Positions 8,687 to 18,316 of a DNA stretch of 64,000 nucleotides are shown one piece after another. The translations under genes were made by a program, and so were the position numbers. The notes under the pieces are model-generated. The model was not told where the DNA came from, did no database searches, and saw only the letters and a list, made by a program, of their open reading frames with translations. Source of the stretch: Methanotrichaceae archaeon (lineage in GTDB: Archaea > Halobacteriota > Methanosarcinia > Methanotrichales > Methanotrichaceae); assembly GCA_963803145.1 (NCBI GenBank), contig CAWDLW010000016.1, positions 32,001-96,000 on the forward strand, in the 5' to 3' direction. Numbering within the stretch: the stretch's first letter is position 1; the number at the start of each line of letters is the position of its first letter.

Positions 8687-9546
8687 ATCTATCTCCCTCA
8701 ATGATAATAATAAAACGAGGTCTCTCCGATCCGATACTACTTAGCTTTTGGCCTTTATTTTAAGCAGCCTTCTTAGAGCTAAGAATGATTTAATTGCTGA
8801 GTGGAAGCCTTATTCGTTTGTGTTTTCGCGGGCGACACTCTGCGACTAAACAGTAGTAATGTTGCTAATGTTACCATAAATATGCCAGTAAGCGAGGCAC
8901 CCTGCCTCTACTTTTCCGCTCCTTGCCTTATCGGGCTTACGCCTAATGCGGAGGAGGTAACGGCACTGCCTTTTTTTGGACAGAATGGTGAGTTCAATTC
9001 TCTAACTGACCTTTCGGGGAAATGCTGCTATAATTCGATAGAGTTGATGAAGGTAGTAAGCCCTGAGATATCTTAGGGCAGATATGTCATGAGAAATATA
9101 ACTCTGATCTTTGGCGAGACTGCCTTTAAGTTCTCCCAGCGTAATATCGATGCAGGTCTAATAGCCTACCGCCAATGATTCTAACCAGATTTCCAATCCA
9201 GCATTATATACTCACATTGGAGGGGATAGACGCACCCTCTCGCAGTGTGATCTTTGAGCATGATGTTGAGGATTCGCTCGGAAACATGGCAAGGAAGTTT
9301 TGGAATGAAAGCATCAACAATGTACGTTAAATATGGTTCTAAATTATTTATTTAATGTACTATTGTTATGTTTGCTATCATAAAAATCATTAAATTATGT
9401 TTCGATGATTTATCATGGGCTATATAATTCAAAAAATTACTTGGCTTAATTTACCGATAGACTTAAAGTTATCGACATTAAACGAAGTCCTATCGCCAAA
9501 GAACGATAATAGTATCGTCGGAGGGCGATAATGGAGGTTTGATCTA

Positions 9547-10830
9547 TTGCAACAAGAGACTTATAATAGGCTATTAGCATCACTTATTATCCTGGGCATG
9601 ATTATAACACCTGCGCTGGGATTTTCAGTGAGCTATTCTTCAGGAGATGGCAGTGGTGCAGTCTCCTCCTCGTCCAGCTACAAACTGGATGATTCCAGTT
9701 CATTACAGCAGCAGGCCGTTCTGTCGGGAAGTGAGCTTTCACAGACATCTCAGGCAAGCGGTACTGGCGATAATTCTATAGCAAACTCCGTTGGAGGCAA
9801 TGGATATTCTTTGAGCAATGAAGTCGATAGCTCTGGATCTATGGGAGTATCCACTTCAGCTGTGGCCACAGGAAGCGGAGCAGGCATAAGCCAGAACGCT
9901 GCCCTATCTGGAAAATCGGGCAGTGTCAGCTTAATAGCTTCATCCAATAAGAACGAAATGGGTTTAGCCAGCAGCTTCTCTGGAGACAGCAATATGAACA
10001 CAGATCTGAGCGCAGTCGCTGCAGACAGAGCTGCAATGACAGGAACTGCATCATCTGCAGGCGTGCCTGTTCTTGAGGGCGGCGAGCTTGAGCGAGTTGC
10101 TTCAGGCGATATCGGCATGTCCGTTGATGGATTATATCTTCAACCTTCAGGCAACCTCGGAGAGTTTAGCCTGAATACAGTCAATATTGAGAAAACGCCT
10201 GCAAGCGGTACACCATCCTATCTCACTCTCGCTAATGATGGCGGCAGCTCGGGCTCATATCGCTTAATGGGCTGGAGATGGAATACACAAACCCCCAATA
10301 TCCAGTGGAATGTCAAGAGCAATGCAGTGCCTACAAACGTAGGTGCTTACAATGTAGCATTAGCCGCATCAGCTGCGGGACAGACATGGAACGCTGCAAC
10401 CGGCAAGACGCTCTTCAACCCCTCAGTCGTGTATACTTCAAGTGTGAACACAGATACTGGCGACGGCAAAAATGTAATAGCCTGGAAGAATTTGGCAGAT
10501 GCCCCAGGTGCCTTGGCTTATTCAAGGACATGGTATAACTACAATAAGGTGGGCGGATATTACTCTGCAGTTGAATCAGATATAAGCCTCAGCACAAGCT
10601 ACGCCTGGTCGACATCGCTCGCAAATGGCAGGCCCTACTACTATGGCGACCCCATTGATATCCAAAGCGTTCTCACGCATGAAATGGGCCATACATTAGG
10701 TCTGGGAGACCTGTACGGCAATACACCATATTCGGGCGACCACGCAGAGATAATGAACTCCTACTCAGGAGTCAAGCGCAACACACTCGGAAATGGAGAT
10801 ATAACGGGAATCAGGAAACTGTACGATTAA
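9547..10830 (+). CDS. Secreted metzincin (matrixin-like) Zn metalloprotease with Ser/Gly-rich N-terminal region
   Basis: Signal peptide; DIQSVLTHEMGHTLGLGD zinc motif, Met-turn EIMNS; GGAGG before TTG start. Confidence 0.85.
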   Translation: MQQETYNRLLASLIILGMIITPALGFSVSYSSGDGSGAVSSSSSYKLDDSSSLQQQAVLSGSELSQTSQASGTGDNSIANSVGGNGYSLSNEVDSSGSMGVSTSAVATGSGAGISQNAALSGKSGSVSLIASSNKNEMGLASSFSGDSNMNTDLSAVAADRAAMTGTASSAGVPVLEGGELERVASGDIGMSVDGLYLQPSGNLGEFSLNTVNIEKTPASGTPSYLTLANDGGSSGSYRLMGWRWNTQTPNIQWNVKSNAVPTNVGAYNVALAASAAGQTWNAATGKTLFNPSVVYTSSVNTDTGDGKNVIAWKNLADAPGALAYSRTWYNYNKVGGYYSAVESDISLSTSYAWSTSLANGRPYYYGDPIDIQSVLTHEMGHTLGLGDLYGNTPYSGDHAEIMNSYSGVKRNTLGNGDITGIRKLYD

Positions 10831-11030
10831 AACCAGACCTTTTTCCCTTTTCTTTTTATTAGAATCTGTGGTTTTATGTCGATTCAAACTTAGTTTCTGG
10901 AGGACCATCCACTTTCTTCCAAGCTGTTGCTTTTCAAGAAAAGCTATATCTTTTTCAGCTATAAGCGTTATGAACAATATGCTAATTTACTGAGCTATTA
11001 AAATACGAATAAATTTAAAGAAAATTTGTT

Positions 11031-11501
11031 CTATGCGCCAAATACCCCAAACTTGATAATCGATCTAGGCGATGAATGTATAGTATAGATACTGAGCTTG
11101 TTTGGATACCGAGGTGCATAAATGCTTAAACCTGTCGAAATTCTATATTTAGTCCAATAGAAAGCTGTTTTCTTAATCGTTTCCAAATTGGTGTATAATC
11201 CAAGATTACGTGGGATTGAAACACCGAAAGCTGCTAATACCGATAAACCTTCTCCAACGGTTTTAACATTTCTAAAATAATCATCCACAATAGAGTTAGC
11301 AGCATAATCAGCATAAATAGATGCATAAATCTGTGAACTCTTAACATTTTTGAGATCATTACCGGTTATGTATAACCGATAGTTGAAGCCAGATTTGTAT
11401 TTCTGTACACCATAATCTGCACTAGCACAATTCATGAAAATTACAAAGAATATAAAGGAAATTAATAACATCGCACCAATTCTTTTCATACGCACCATCA
11501 C
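11031..11501 (-). CDS. Secreted hypothetical protein
   Basis: 156-aa ORF in AT-rich DNA with signal-peptide-like N-terminus. Confidence 0.6.
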   Translation of the reverse strand: MMVRMKRIGAMLLISFIFFVIFMNCASADYGVQKYKSGFNYRLYITGNDLKNVKSSQIYASIYADYAANSIVDDYFRNVKTVGEGLSVLAAFGVSIPRNLGLYTNLETIKKTAFYWTKYRISTGLSIYAPRYPNKLSIYTIHSSPRSIIKFGVFGA

Positions 11502-11824
11502 TTATGGATATACTATCATTATGAGTGCTCCTAAATTATATAAGAGTAACGGGTTTAGCAATATGGCATCAAGCGAACGTTTGAATACAGCAAGTGAAAT
11601 TGATATAACACACAAAATTGTTTTCTAACTATGTCGAGATGGGCGTACCACTTAGAATCATAAACTAACTGTTACGTAGAATATTACTGATGATAATCAA
11701 TTTGGCATCCTTATGGGTGACTTGGTAAGCTTTATATAACTAGAATCGACAATAGTTGATTTGTGGTAAGGATACTAAATAAACTTCGTTTGCAACTATG
11801 TAAAAAACCAACGGGAGTATAAAT

Positions 11825-12430
11825 ATGAAACCTTCAACCATATACATAATACTGGCTGCAGCTATGGCTCTTTGCTTTTTAGTCATGCCAGCGTTTTCAG
11901 CGCCCTCAAATCAGTCTGCATCTTTGATCTTACTCGTCCAGCATTCCGGTTGCGGCTTTGCAATAAATGGCAGTCAATACCACGACCTCAAGATAGGTGT
12001 TTTTGGCATAGCCGAGTTCGATCCTGCAAAAATCGGTAAGCTTATTTCTGATAACAAGACACTCGGGCAGATCAAGTCTGACATAAAAAATCAAGTAGTA
12101 AATGAAATGGATGCGGCATCCTATAATGGAAGTCTAATATTGGGGGAGAACCTTTACAAGCTGTCCAATATTAAATCTAAAACCGCAACTGATAACAATT
12201 CCACCATAGAAGCAGATATAGCAGGTCCAATAACACTTTCTAGTATGAACAATAGTACAGCAGTCGTAGGCCATATCTCATTGGGAATCAAATTCTACGA
12301 AAATAACCTCATAGGGCAGGGTAAGCTGACCATGAATAGTGGCAATTACAGTGGCAAATATGAAGCACTGATTTTGATGAACTCTGGGGATTTCGATAGG
12401 GAAATGGAATGGGGCAGAGGAGAAAATTAG
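11825..12430 (+). CDS. Secreted hypothetical protein
   Basis: 201-aa ORF, signal peptide, GGGAG upstream, several N-x-S/T sequons. Confidence 0.75.
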   Translation: MKPSTIYIILAAAMALCFLVMPAFSAPSNQSASLILLVQHSGCGFAINGSQYHDLKIGVFGIAEFDPAKIGKLISDNKTLGQIKSDIKNQVVNEMDAASYNGSLILGENLYKLSNIKSKTATDNNSTIEADIAGPITLSSMNNSTAVVGHISLGIKFYENNLIGQGKLTMNSGNYSGKYEALILMNSGDFDREMEWGRGEN

Positions 12431-12471
12431 GGTGAAAACGCTTTCATCAATATAGATGCAGCTGAGGGGAC

Positions 12472-12495
12472 TTTGGGGCTATGATATGCCCCAAA
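12472..12495 (+). terminator. Hairpin downstream of the 11825-12430 gene
   Basis: TTTGGGGC-TATGATAT-GCCCCAAA perfect 8-bp stem. Confidence 0.35.
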
Positions 12496-12567
12496 ACTCA
12501 CTGAGACTAGGGTAATTAATAATCATCACGATGCTTTTTAATAAATGTTGTTACAATGTAGACCGTC

Positions 12568-13377
12568 ATGAAGGTCACTTATTTGCCATGTTTAATAATA
12601 CTGGTCTTATATTTCATTACAGGCTCATCCATAGCCGGATCCCCAGGTGATGGTAAACATCTGAAACTTGTTATCATTAGAGCCGATGATATTTATAATA
12701 TTAATCCAGAAGTTAAATGGCTATCTGATTTGGTCCTTAAAGAAGATCTCAAGGCGACATTTGCCGTAATACCAGCACGCCTTGGTCCAAAAGATATCGT
12801 ATATTTAGGAAATCTGGACAGAGACCATTTCGAGCTTGCAGCTCATGGATATAATCATGAAAGCCTTAAAGGCTTGCCTTATAAGAAACAATATGATATA
12901 ATAAATAAAAGCACGAATGCTATGGAAACCTATTTCCATATCAGGCCATATACGTTTATCCCGCCTTTTGAAGCAATTGATGATAATACAGTGAAGGCAT
13001 GCTATGACCTTGGTTATCACTCGATTCTCATGTCCTATGATACTCAAACCGCAAAAGATATGAAGGTTTTAAGAAAATTCTCATGGGAGCTGGAGTGGAA
13101 TCCATTAGAACACAGCAACTTTACAGATTTTAAGCGGGCCTTTGATTCCTATTATAATTCATCAGCGGATGCATTTCTCATTATTTTGCACCCTGCTACA
13201 TTTGATATCAATAAAAAGCTTGACCAAAAGCTGGTTAGTGACTTCAATAGATCAGTATATTACATGAGGAGTAAAAACGTTAAATTTGAGACTATGGAGG
13301 ATATGTATGAGCAAGCGATCCTCGATAAAGAGTTTCAGTGTTTTGCTTATAAGAACAAAAACTTCTTTGAAATTTAA
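12568..13377 (+). CDS. Secreted polysaccharide deacetylase-like protein (CE4/DUF2334)
   Basis: IIRADD, ATFAVIP, ELAAHGYNH, TFIPP, IILHP motifs; signal peptide. Confidence 0.8.
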   Translation: MKVTYLPCLIILVLYFITGSSIAGSPGDGKHLKLVIIRADDIYNINPEVKWLSDLVLKEDLKATFAVIPARLGPKDIVYLGNLDRDHFELAAHGYNHESLKGLPYKKQYDIINKSTNAMETYFHIRPYTFIPPFEAIDDNTVKACYDLGYHSILMSYDTQTAKDMKVLRKFSWELEWNPLEHSNFTDFKRAFDSYYNSSADAFLIILHPATFDINKKLDQKLVSDFNRSVYYMRSKNVKFETMEDMYEQAILDKEFQCFAYKNKNFFEI

Positions 13378-14276
13378 CCTTTCTTTTATTCAGAAATATT
13401 TATTGGACTTATTAAATTACATTTTTCCGCAAGCGATCAGGAATTAAGCGAAGAGTATAGAACTTTAGAGGTGTATCTAAGCCAGGAGTATCCCGTCATC
13501 AAGACCCAGAGAATATACTTTTCGATCATCTTGCTCTTTCCTGATGATAAGTTATGGTGATGTGTGCAGCTTAGCCAAGCGATGAAAGCACACCCCATTT
13601 CAGATAGATGAAATTACGTTTAAAAACAAATTATATCGTATATAAAATATTTAAATTAAATGGGCTGAAAATAACGAATTGGTGCAGTATCATATTATAT
13701 TAATGATGGCATCCCAGTTCACGCAAGCGGTCTACGCTTTTGAAAATATTTATTAGATAAGTATATATACAATATATCGGAAGCATACTACCTTCTCAAT
13801 CCGCGGATCATAGAAGGCTCTCGTAGCCATCCTCCTTTGGCACCATATGATCTGCACGACGGATATCAAGGTGAGCAAATATGACATTCAAGGTTCCCGC
13901 AGAGATAGCAAAGGCATCCATAGCCTCTGGATGCGCAAAATGCACAATGAACTGGCAAAAGCTATTGATCTTGGGCTTTCTTGCAGGGGCATACATCGCC
14001 TTTGGAGCATTGTTGAGCGAAATTGTGGCTGGCGGCCTATCTAATGGAACGATCACAGCTGCAAACGGAGATATCTGGAAGATAGCTCTCCCCACAGGCC
14101 TTGTTAAGTTCGCGACTGGCGCGGTCTTCCCGGTAGGACTTATGCTTGTAGTGATCGGAGGCGCAGAGCTGTTCACTGGAAACTGCCTCTTTGCACCAAT
14201 AAGCGTTCTAAATAGGGAAGCATCGTTTAAGGGATTGGTGACGAACTGGGCGATAGTTTATATTGCCAATATTATA

Positions 14277-15414
14277 GAGGATTCCTATAAACCTACCCCC
14301 TGCTTTAGCATCGAAAGTGTTAAATACAGCAAATAGTATTTATTGTTATGGATTCTTTTACTACTTGGGTATTGAAAGGTCTAAATGCAAAGCAAGAGGA
14401 GTCTAAATTAGCTCAAGTATCTGGATTGATCAATTGGGTTCCCTTTCGTCCTCTTCTGGAAGGGATGTATACTAATAAGACCGAGAAGGGCGGAAGGCCC
14501 AACTGTGATGTTATTCTAATGTTCAGGATCCTGATTCTCCAGCAGTGGTATGGCCTGAGCGATCTGGCTGTTGAACGGCAAATGGCTGATCGCATATCAT
14601 TTATGGCATTTCTTGGTTTTCCTGATCAGTTCCCTGATTCCAGAACTATATGGTCATTCAAAGAACGAATGGCGGAGACAGGAACAGATAGGCTTGTTTG
14701 GGCTGAACTTCAAAGACAGTTGGATGCAAAAGGATTGAAGATCAGACGCGGAATTGTTCAGGATGCTACCTTTATAGAAGCAGATCCAGGATCATCGGAG
14801 TCAAAGAAACCACGTGGCGATGAGGCTAAGACACGTCGCAGCAAGGATGGCACATGGGCTAAGAAAGGCAATGAAACTCACTTCGGATATAAGTTACATC
14901 AAATAACTGATATCGATTACAGCCTAATACGTGATATAGAGACCTCGACTGCATCACTGCATGACAGTCAGGTTGATCTCTCTATCCCTGGCGTGCCAGT
15001 TTTCAGAGATAGAGGATATTTCGGTGTGAAGGCCAAAGGTATTGATTTTACAATGAAGCGCAGGACTACTGATAAACCTCTTTCTGATCTTGATAAAGAA
15101 CGCAATCAGTTGATCAGTATCCTCAGATCGCCTGGCGAAAGGCCCCATGCTGTAATCAAGAGGGTTTTCGAGGCTGGAAGAGTGCTTGTTACATCAGTCA
15201 GAAGAGTGCATGTGAAAATGATAGTTACCGCTTTCGCTTTTAACTTGTATCAGCTTTGTACTCTTAAAAAGGCAAATGTCATTTAGGGATAGCGGATGCT
15301 ATCGAGAATTAACTGAAAAAAAACAGGTTAGACCAAGAATAGCGAACATCGTAAGGCAAATCTAGAGTCGATTTAAAAAAACCGCCCTTAGGATACAAGT
15401 AAATAGGAATCCTC
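14277..15414 (+). mobile_element. IS5-family insertion sequence, 1138 bp
   Basis: Terminal IRs GAGGATTCCTATAAAC / GTAAATAGGAATCCTC; TATA target duplication at 14273-14276 and 15415-15418. Confidence 0.95.
14348..15286 (+). CDS. IS5-family DDE transposase
   Basis: GGRP, LQQWYGLSD..E..DRISF..FLG, PD.RTIW.F, VQDAT, FGYKLH, DRGY, R...ERP motifs. Confidence 0.93.
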   Translation: MDSFTTWVLKGLNAKQEESKLAQVSGLINWVPFRPLLEGMYTNKTEKGGRPNCDVILMFRILILQQWYGLSDLAVERQMADRISFMAFLGFPDQFPDSRTIWSFKERMAETGTDRLVWAELQRQLDAKGLKIRRGIVQDATFIEADPGSSESKKPRGDEAKTRRSKDGTWAKKGNETHFGYKLHQITDIDYSLIRDIETSTASLHDSQVDLSIPGVPVFRDRGYFGVKAKGIDFTMKRRTTDKPLSDLDKERNQLISILRSPGERPHAVIKRVFEAGRVLVTSVRRVHVKMIVTAFAFNLYQLCTLKKANVI

Positions 15415-15964
15415 TATAGGCTCTATATTTGTAGCCTATTTCCTTGCATACAAATGCGGCTTTTTCAACGCTATGCCATGGGCAGGATGGGCTGCAACAG
15501 TTGCGAATACGAAATGCGGTCTCGACTTCACTACGGCTTTTTTGCGAGGCATCGGCTGTAACTGGCTTGTTTGCCTTTCAATATGGCTGGCGATAAGCGC
15601 AGAAGATATCATCAGCAAGATACTGGCCATCTGGTTCCCAATAATGGCCTTTGTGACCATTGGCTTTGAGCATAGCGTAGCTAATATGTTCTTCATCCCA
15701 TTGGGGCTATTCGTGGCCAATGATCCTGCCATAGCAACCAATCTTGCTATATCTAAGGTTGCCACGGCGAATCTTATTGGAGCGACCGGTTGGTATAATT
15801 TCATTGTTACTAACCTGATACCCGTCACCCTTGGAAACATTGTAGGAGCAGTGCTCTTTGTGGCGATATTATACTGGTATGTGTATGCACATGGATCGCT
15901 CTGCACCCCTACGCAGACAAAGATAAAGGCGCCAAAACAATAAAGATAAAAGAGCTAAAGATAA

Positions 15965-15995
15965 AATGGCTTAGTCATATAGCCATTCGTTTTTT
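15965..15995 (+). terminator. Hairpin plus T-tract after fdhC
   Basis: AATGGCT...AGCCATT stem followed by T6. Confidence 0.5.
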
Positions 15996-16014
15996 AGGTA
16001 GTTTACCATAATTA

Positions 16015-17097
16015 TAGTTAATCCACGTAATTTTTACCTCATAGATACCCTTAAATAATTAATATACGATATAGCCGTTCATGGGCAGGAAACCTGTAAT
16101 TGTAAGACATATCTCGAAGGTAGAATTAGATCAATTGTATAAAGATGAGAGAAACATAAGAATTAAAGAACGGCTACTAGCGATAATACATTTATACGAA
16201 GGAAAGAATGTATATATAGTAGCTGATATTCTTAAACGAAGTGAAAAGACAATAAAGAATTGGCTAAGCGATTGGAACAAACAAGGATATGATGGATTGA
16301 TACCACAGAATAGAAACGGCAAAGAACCAATGATATCTTTTGATGAATGGGATAAAATTATCGAAGAGATTGAGGACAAAGGAATGACTATAAAAGAGGT
16401 AATAAAATATGCAAAAGACACAAGAGGCGTAGAATATTCGTATAAAGGTGGTTGGAAGATTTTAAGATCAATAAAGAAAGTCAAATATGGTAAACCATAT
16501 ATTAGAAATAATAAGAGGCCTGTTAATGCAGAAAGTTTTCTAAAAAAAGGATAGATTCAGTAATAACAACAGTCAAAGAACCTATTATTGGATTCCTTGA
16601 TGAAAGCTCTTTGCAACAGCGACCTAATACACGCAGGGTTTTAAACACCCATATGCTAAATTATCAACCTGGAAAAGTTAGGTCTAGAACTGTTTTTGGG
16701 TTCATTGCATTGAATGGAAATGATGAAGTTATGGTCTCTCACTCATCCAAGAAAGAAGATTTAATGATCTTCGCCCAAAAATTGAGAAGTAACAATATTA
16801 TGAGACCAATATGTATTGTCCTAGATAATGCTAGAATACATCTAGCTAAGAAGTTTAGGGCATTAGCCCACGAACTTGATATCCATTTAATATATAACGT
16901 GCCATATTCCCCTGATTTAAATCCTATAGAGTTCGGTTGGAAGGATTTTAAAAGAGAGATATCAAAATATACTGATTTTGATGAAGCTATTGAGGATGCC
17001 CAAGATTGCGCTTTACAAATATTTTATTCCAATAAAGATGGATACTCTAAGTCTTGGATAAAGCAGTTTATAAGGTAAAAAGTTGGGAGAATGACTA
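16015..17097 (+). mobile_element. IS630-family insertion sequence
   Basis: Imperfect IRs TAGTTAATCCACGTAATTTTTACC / GGTAAAAAGTTGGGAGAATGACTA flanked by TA on both sides. Confidence 0.88.
16081..17078 (+). CDS. IS630 transposase split in two frames (HTH ORF A 16081-16554, DDE ORF B), joined by a -1 shift at A7G (16542-16549)
   Basis: -1 frame reads KRIDS...GFLDESS (first catalytic Asp), then VLDNARIH and PYSPDLNPIE. Confidence 0.88.
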
Positions 17098-17626
17098 TAA
17101 TTTGATAAATCTAGTCTCCTCCTTCGCTTCCTTCTTGGCTTCGCATAAGCCCATTTATTTCATGCAAAGCCATGAAGTGCCAGGTGGTTATTCCTGGATC
17201 TGCTTAGCCGCTTCTTGAAGCATTGTCATTCTTGAGCGCATGTAAGCGGTTGCATGGTTTATATGTTTATCAAAATGGAAGAGTAGACGACCTGAAAGTA
17301 CAGGCCGTAAAAAGCTTGGATTCCTCCGGGATCAAACTTTACCATCTTGAACATAAGCCAATCTTGGCCAACTTTATAGCGCTCTAATTCGGGAGTGCCC
17401 GCGAGTCGCTTCGCTCCCGCGCTAGCTGTTTACGGGGCTGTCGCTCACACGCCGCGACGGGCTAACGCCCTCCGGGACGGTTCACATGAGTAGTGAACGA
17501 CAGGTTAGTTGACTACCTGCCTTATTTACTGTAATTTCTGATTTCCATTATAATCAGAAGTTTCAAGCTTTAGGCGCTTGCGTGCGAGGGTATGAGAACT
17601 CTGCAGATAATCGCCCCGTTAGTTTA

Positions 17627-18316
17627 CTATTTCTTCTTCGCTATACGTGCCTTGAATTCTTCGTACCTATCTGCAAGATCATAGATGTACTCAATAATAG
17701 CATAGACAAATGACTGAAGATCTTCGGCATCCTGCCGTGAAATTGATATCTCGCCAGGGTGCGCCGCTAGGTTGCGAAACGCATGTAGTTGCTGGCTCCA
17801 ATCATAGAGCCGATCGTCAATGATTCCTTTATCTTTGAGCATCTTGATCCCCTCCCCGAGCAGGATCCTCCTCTTAGGTGGGGCTTCTGCTTCAGCCGTT
17901 CCTGAGGGCAGTTTAGGATCAAGGAAATCTCGGCATACTGCTTCAAGCGCTCGGCCAAACATGACACATGCCGCGATGTTTGCACTTGCTTGCAATGATC
18001 GATCGGCTTCGGAAAGCGATTCTGTAACCGATCGCGGAATCCTATTGCTTACGAATGTTTTCGGTGGTTTTGGATAAACCCGAACAACAACGTTGGACCA
18101 CTCATCTTCTTCGTTATCAATGCCTGCAACGCTGATTTGGTGAGTTTGACCTACAAGTAACTCTCCGCATCGTGGGCATTGTCCGATAATCAATTTCTTC
18201 CCTGCAGGCCACCCACTTTCCTCATCAAAATCACTTATTGAAGCACTTCCCTTTTCAATAGCGGCAACTTTGGCTTCGCAAAAAGGGCAGTCGATTATGA
18301 ATGTCTGCTGTGCCAT
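17627..18316 (-). CDS. DUF4145-domain (HEPN-like) protein with N-terminal Zn ribbon
   Basis: CPFC and CPRC; A.VM.GRALE.VC; RNLAAH Rx4H motif. Confidence 0.82.
   Translation of the reverse strand: MAQQTFIIDCPFCEAKVAAIEKGSASISDFDEESGWPAGKKLIIGQCPRCGELLVGQTHQISVAGIDNEEDEWSNVVVRVYPKPPKTFVSNRIPRSVTESLSEADRSLQASANIAACVMFGRALEAVCRDFLDPKLPSGTAEAEAPPKRRILLGEGIKMLKDKGIIDDRLYDWSQQLHAFRNLAAHPGEISISRQDAEDLQSFVYAIIEYIYDLADRYEEFKARIAKKK

Larger units (their letters stand above)
13881..15943 (+). pseudogene. fdhC: Formate/nitrite transporter (FdhC-like) interrupted by IS5
   Basis: LAGAYIAFG, FPVGL..V..GAELFTGN, GIGCNWLVC, GFEHSVANM; removing 14277-15418 restores the frame ANII-GSIFVAYF (306 aa). Confidence 0.92.

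Noticed and set aside
6593-8744. Multiple + strand ORFs overlapping cooS, and similar antisense ORFs over other core genes (e.g. 52521-53063, 56795-57388)
   Set aside because: Shadow frames opposite well-supported genes, with no recognisable motifs.
8801-9076. 91-aa ORF upstream of cooS
   Set aside because: No RBS or motif; the region is better explained by RNA/DNA structure.
13541-13590. Hammerhead ribozyme (CTGATGA ... GAAA)
   Set aside because: No stem II closes between the core motifs and no cleavage-site geometry can be built.
17390-17480. Bona fide integron attC site
   Set aside because: No clear RYYYAAC/GTTRRRY pair bracketing the hairpin, no array and no integrase; kept only as an unexplained structured element.
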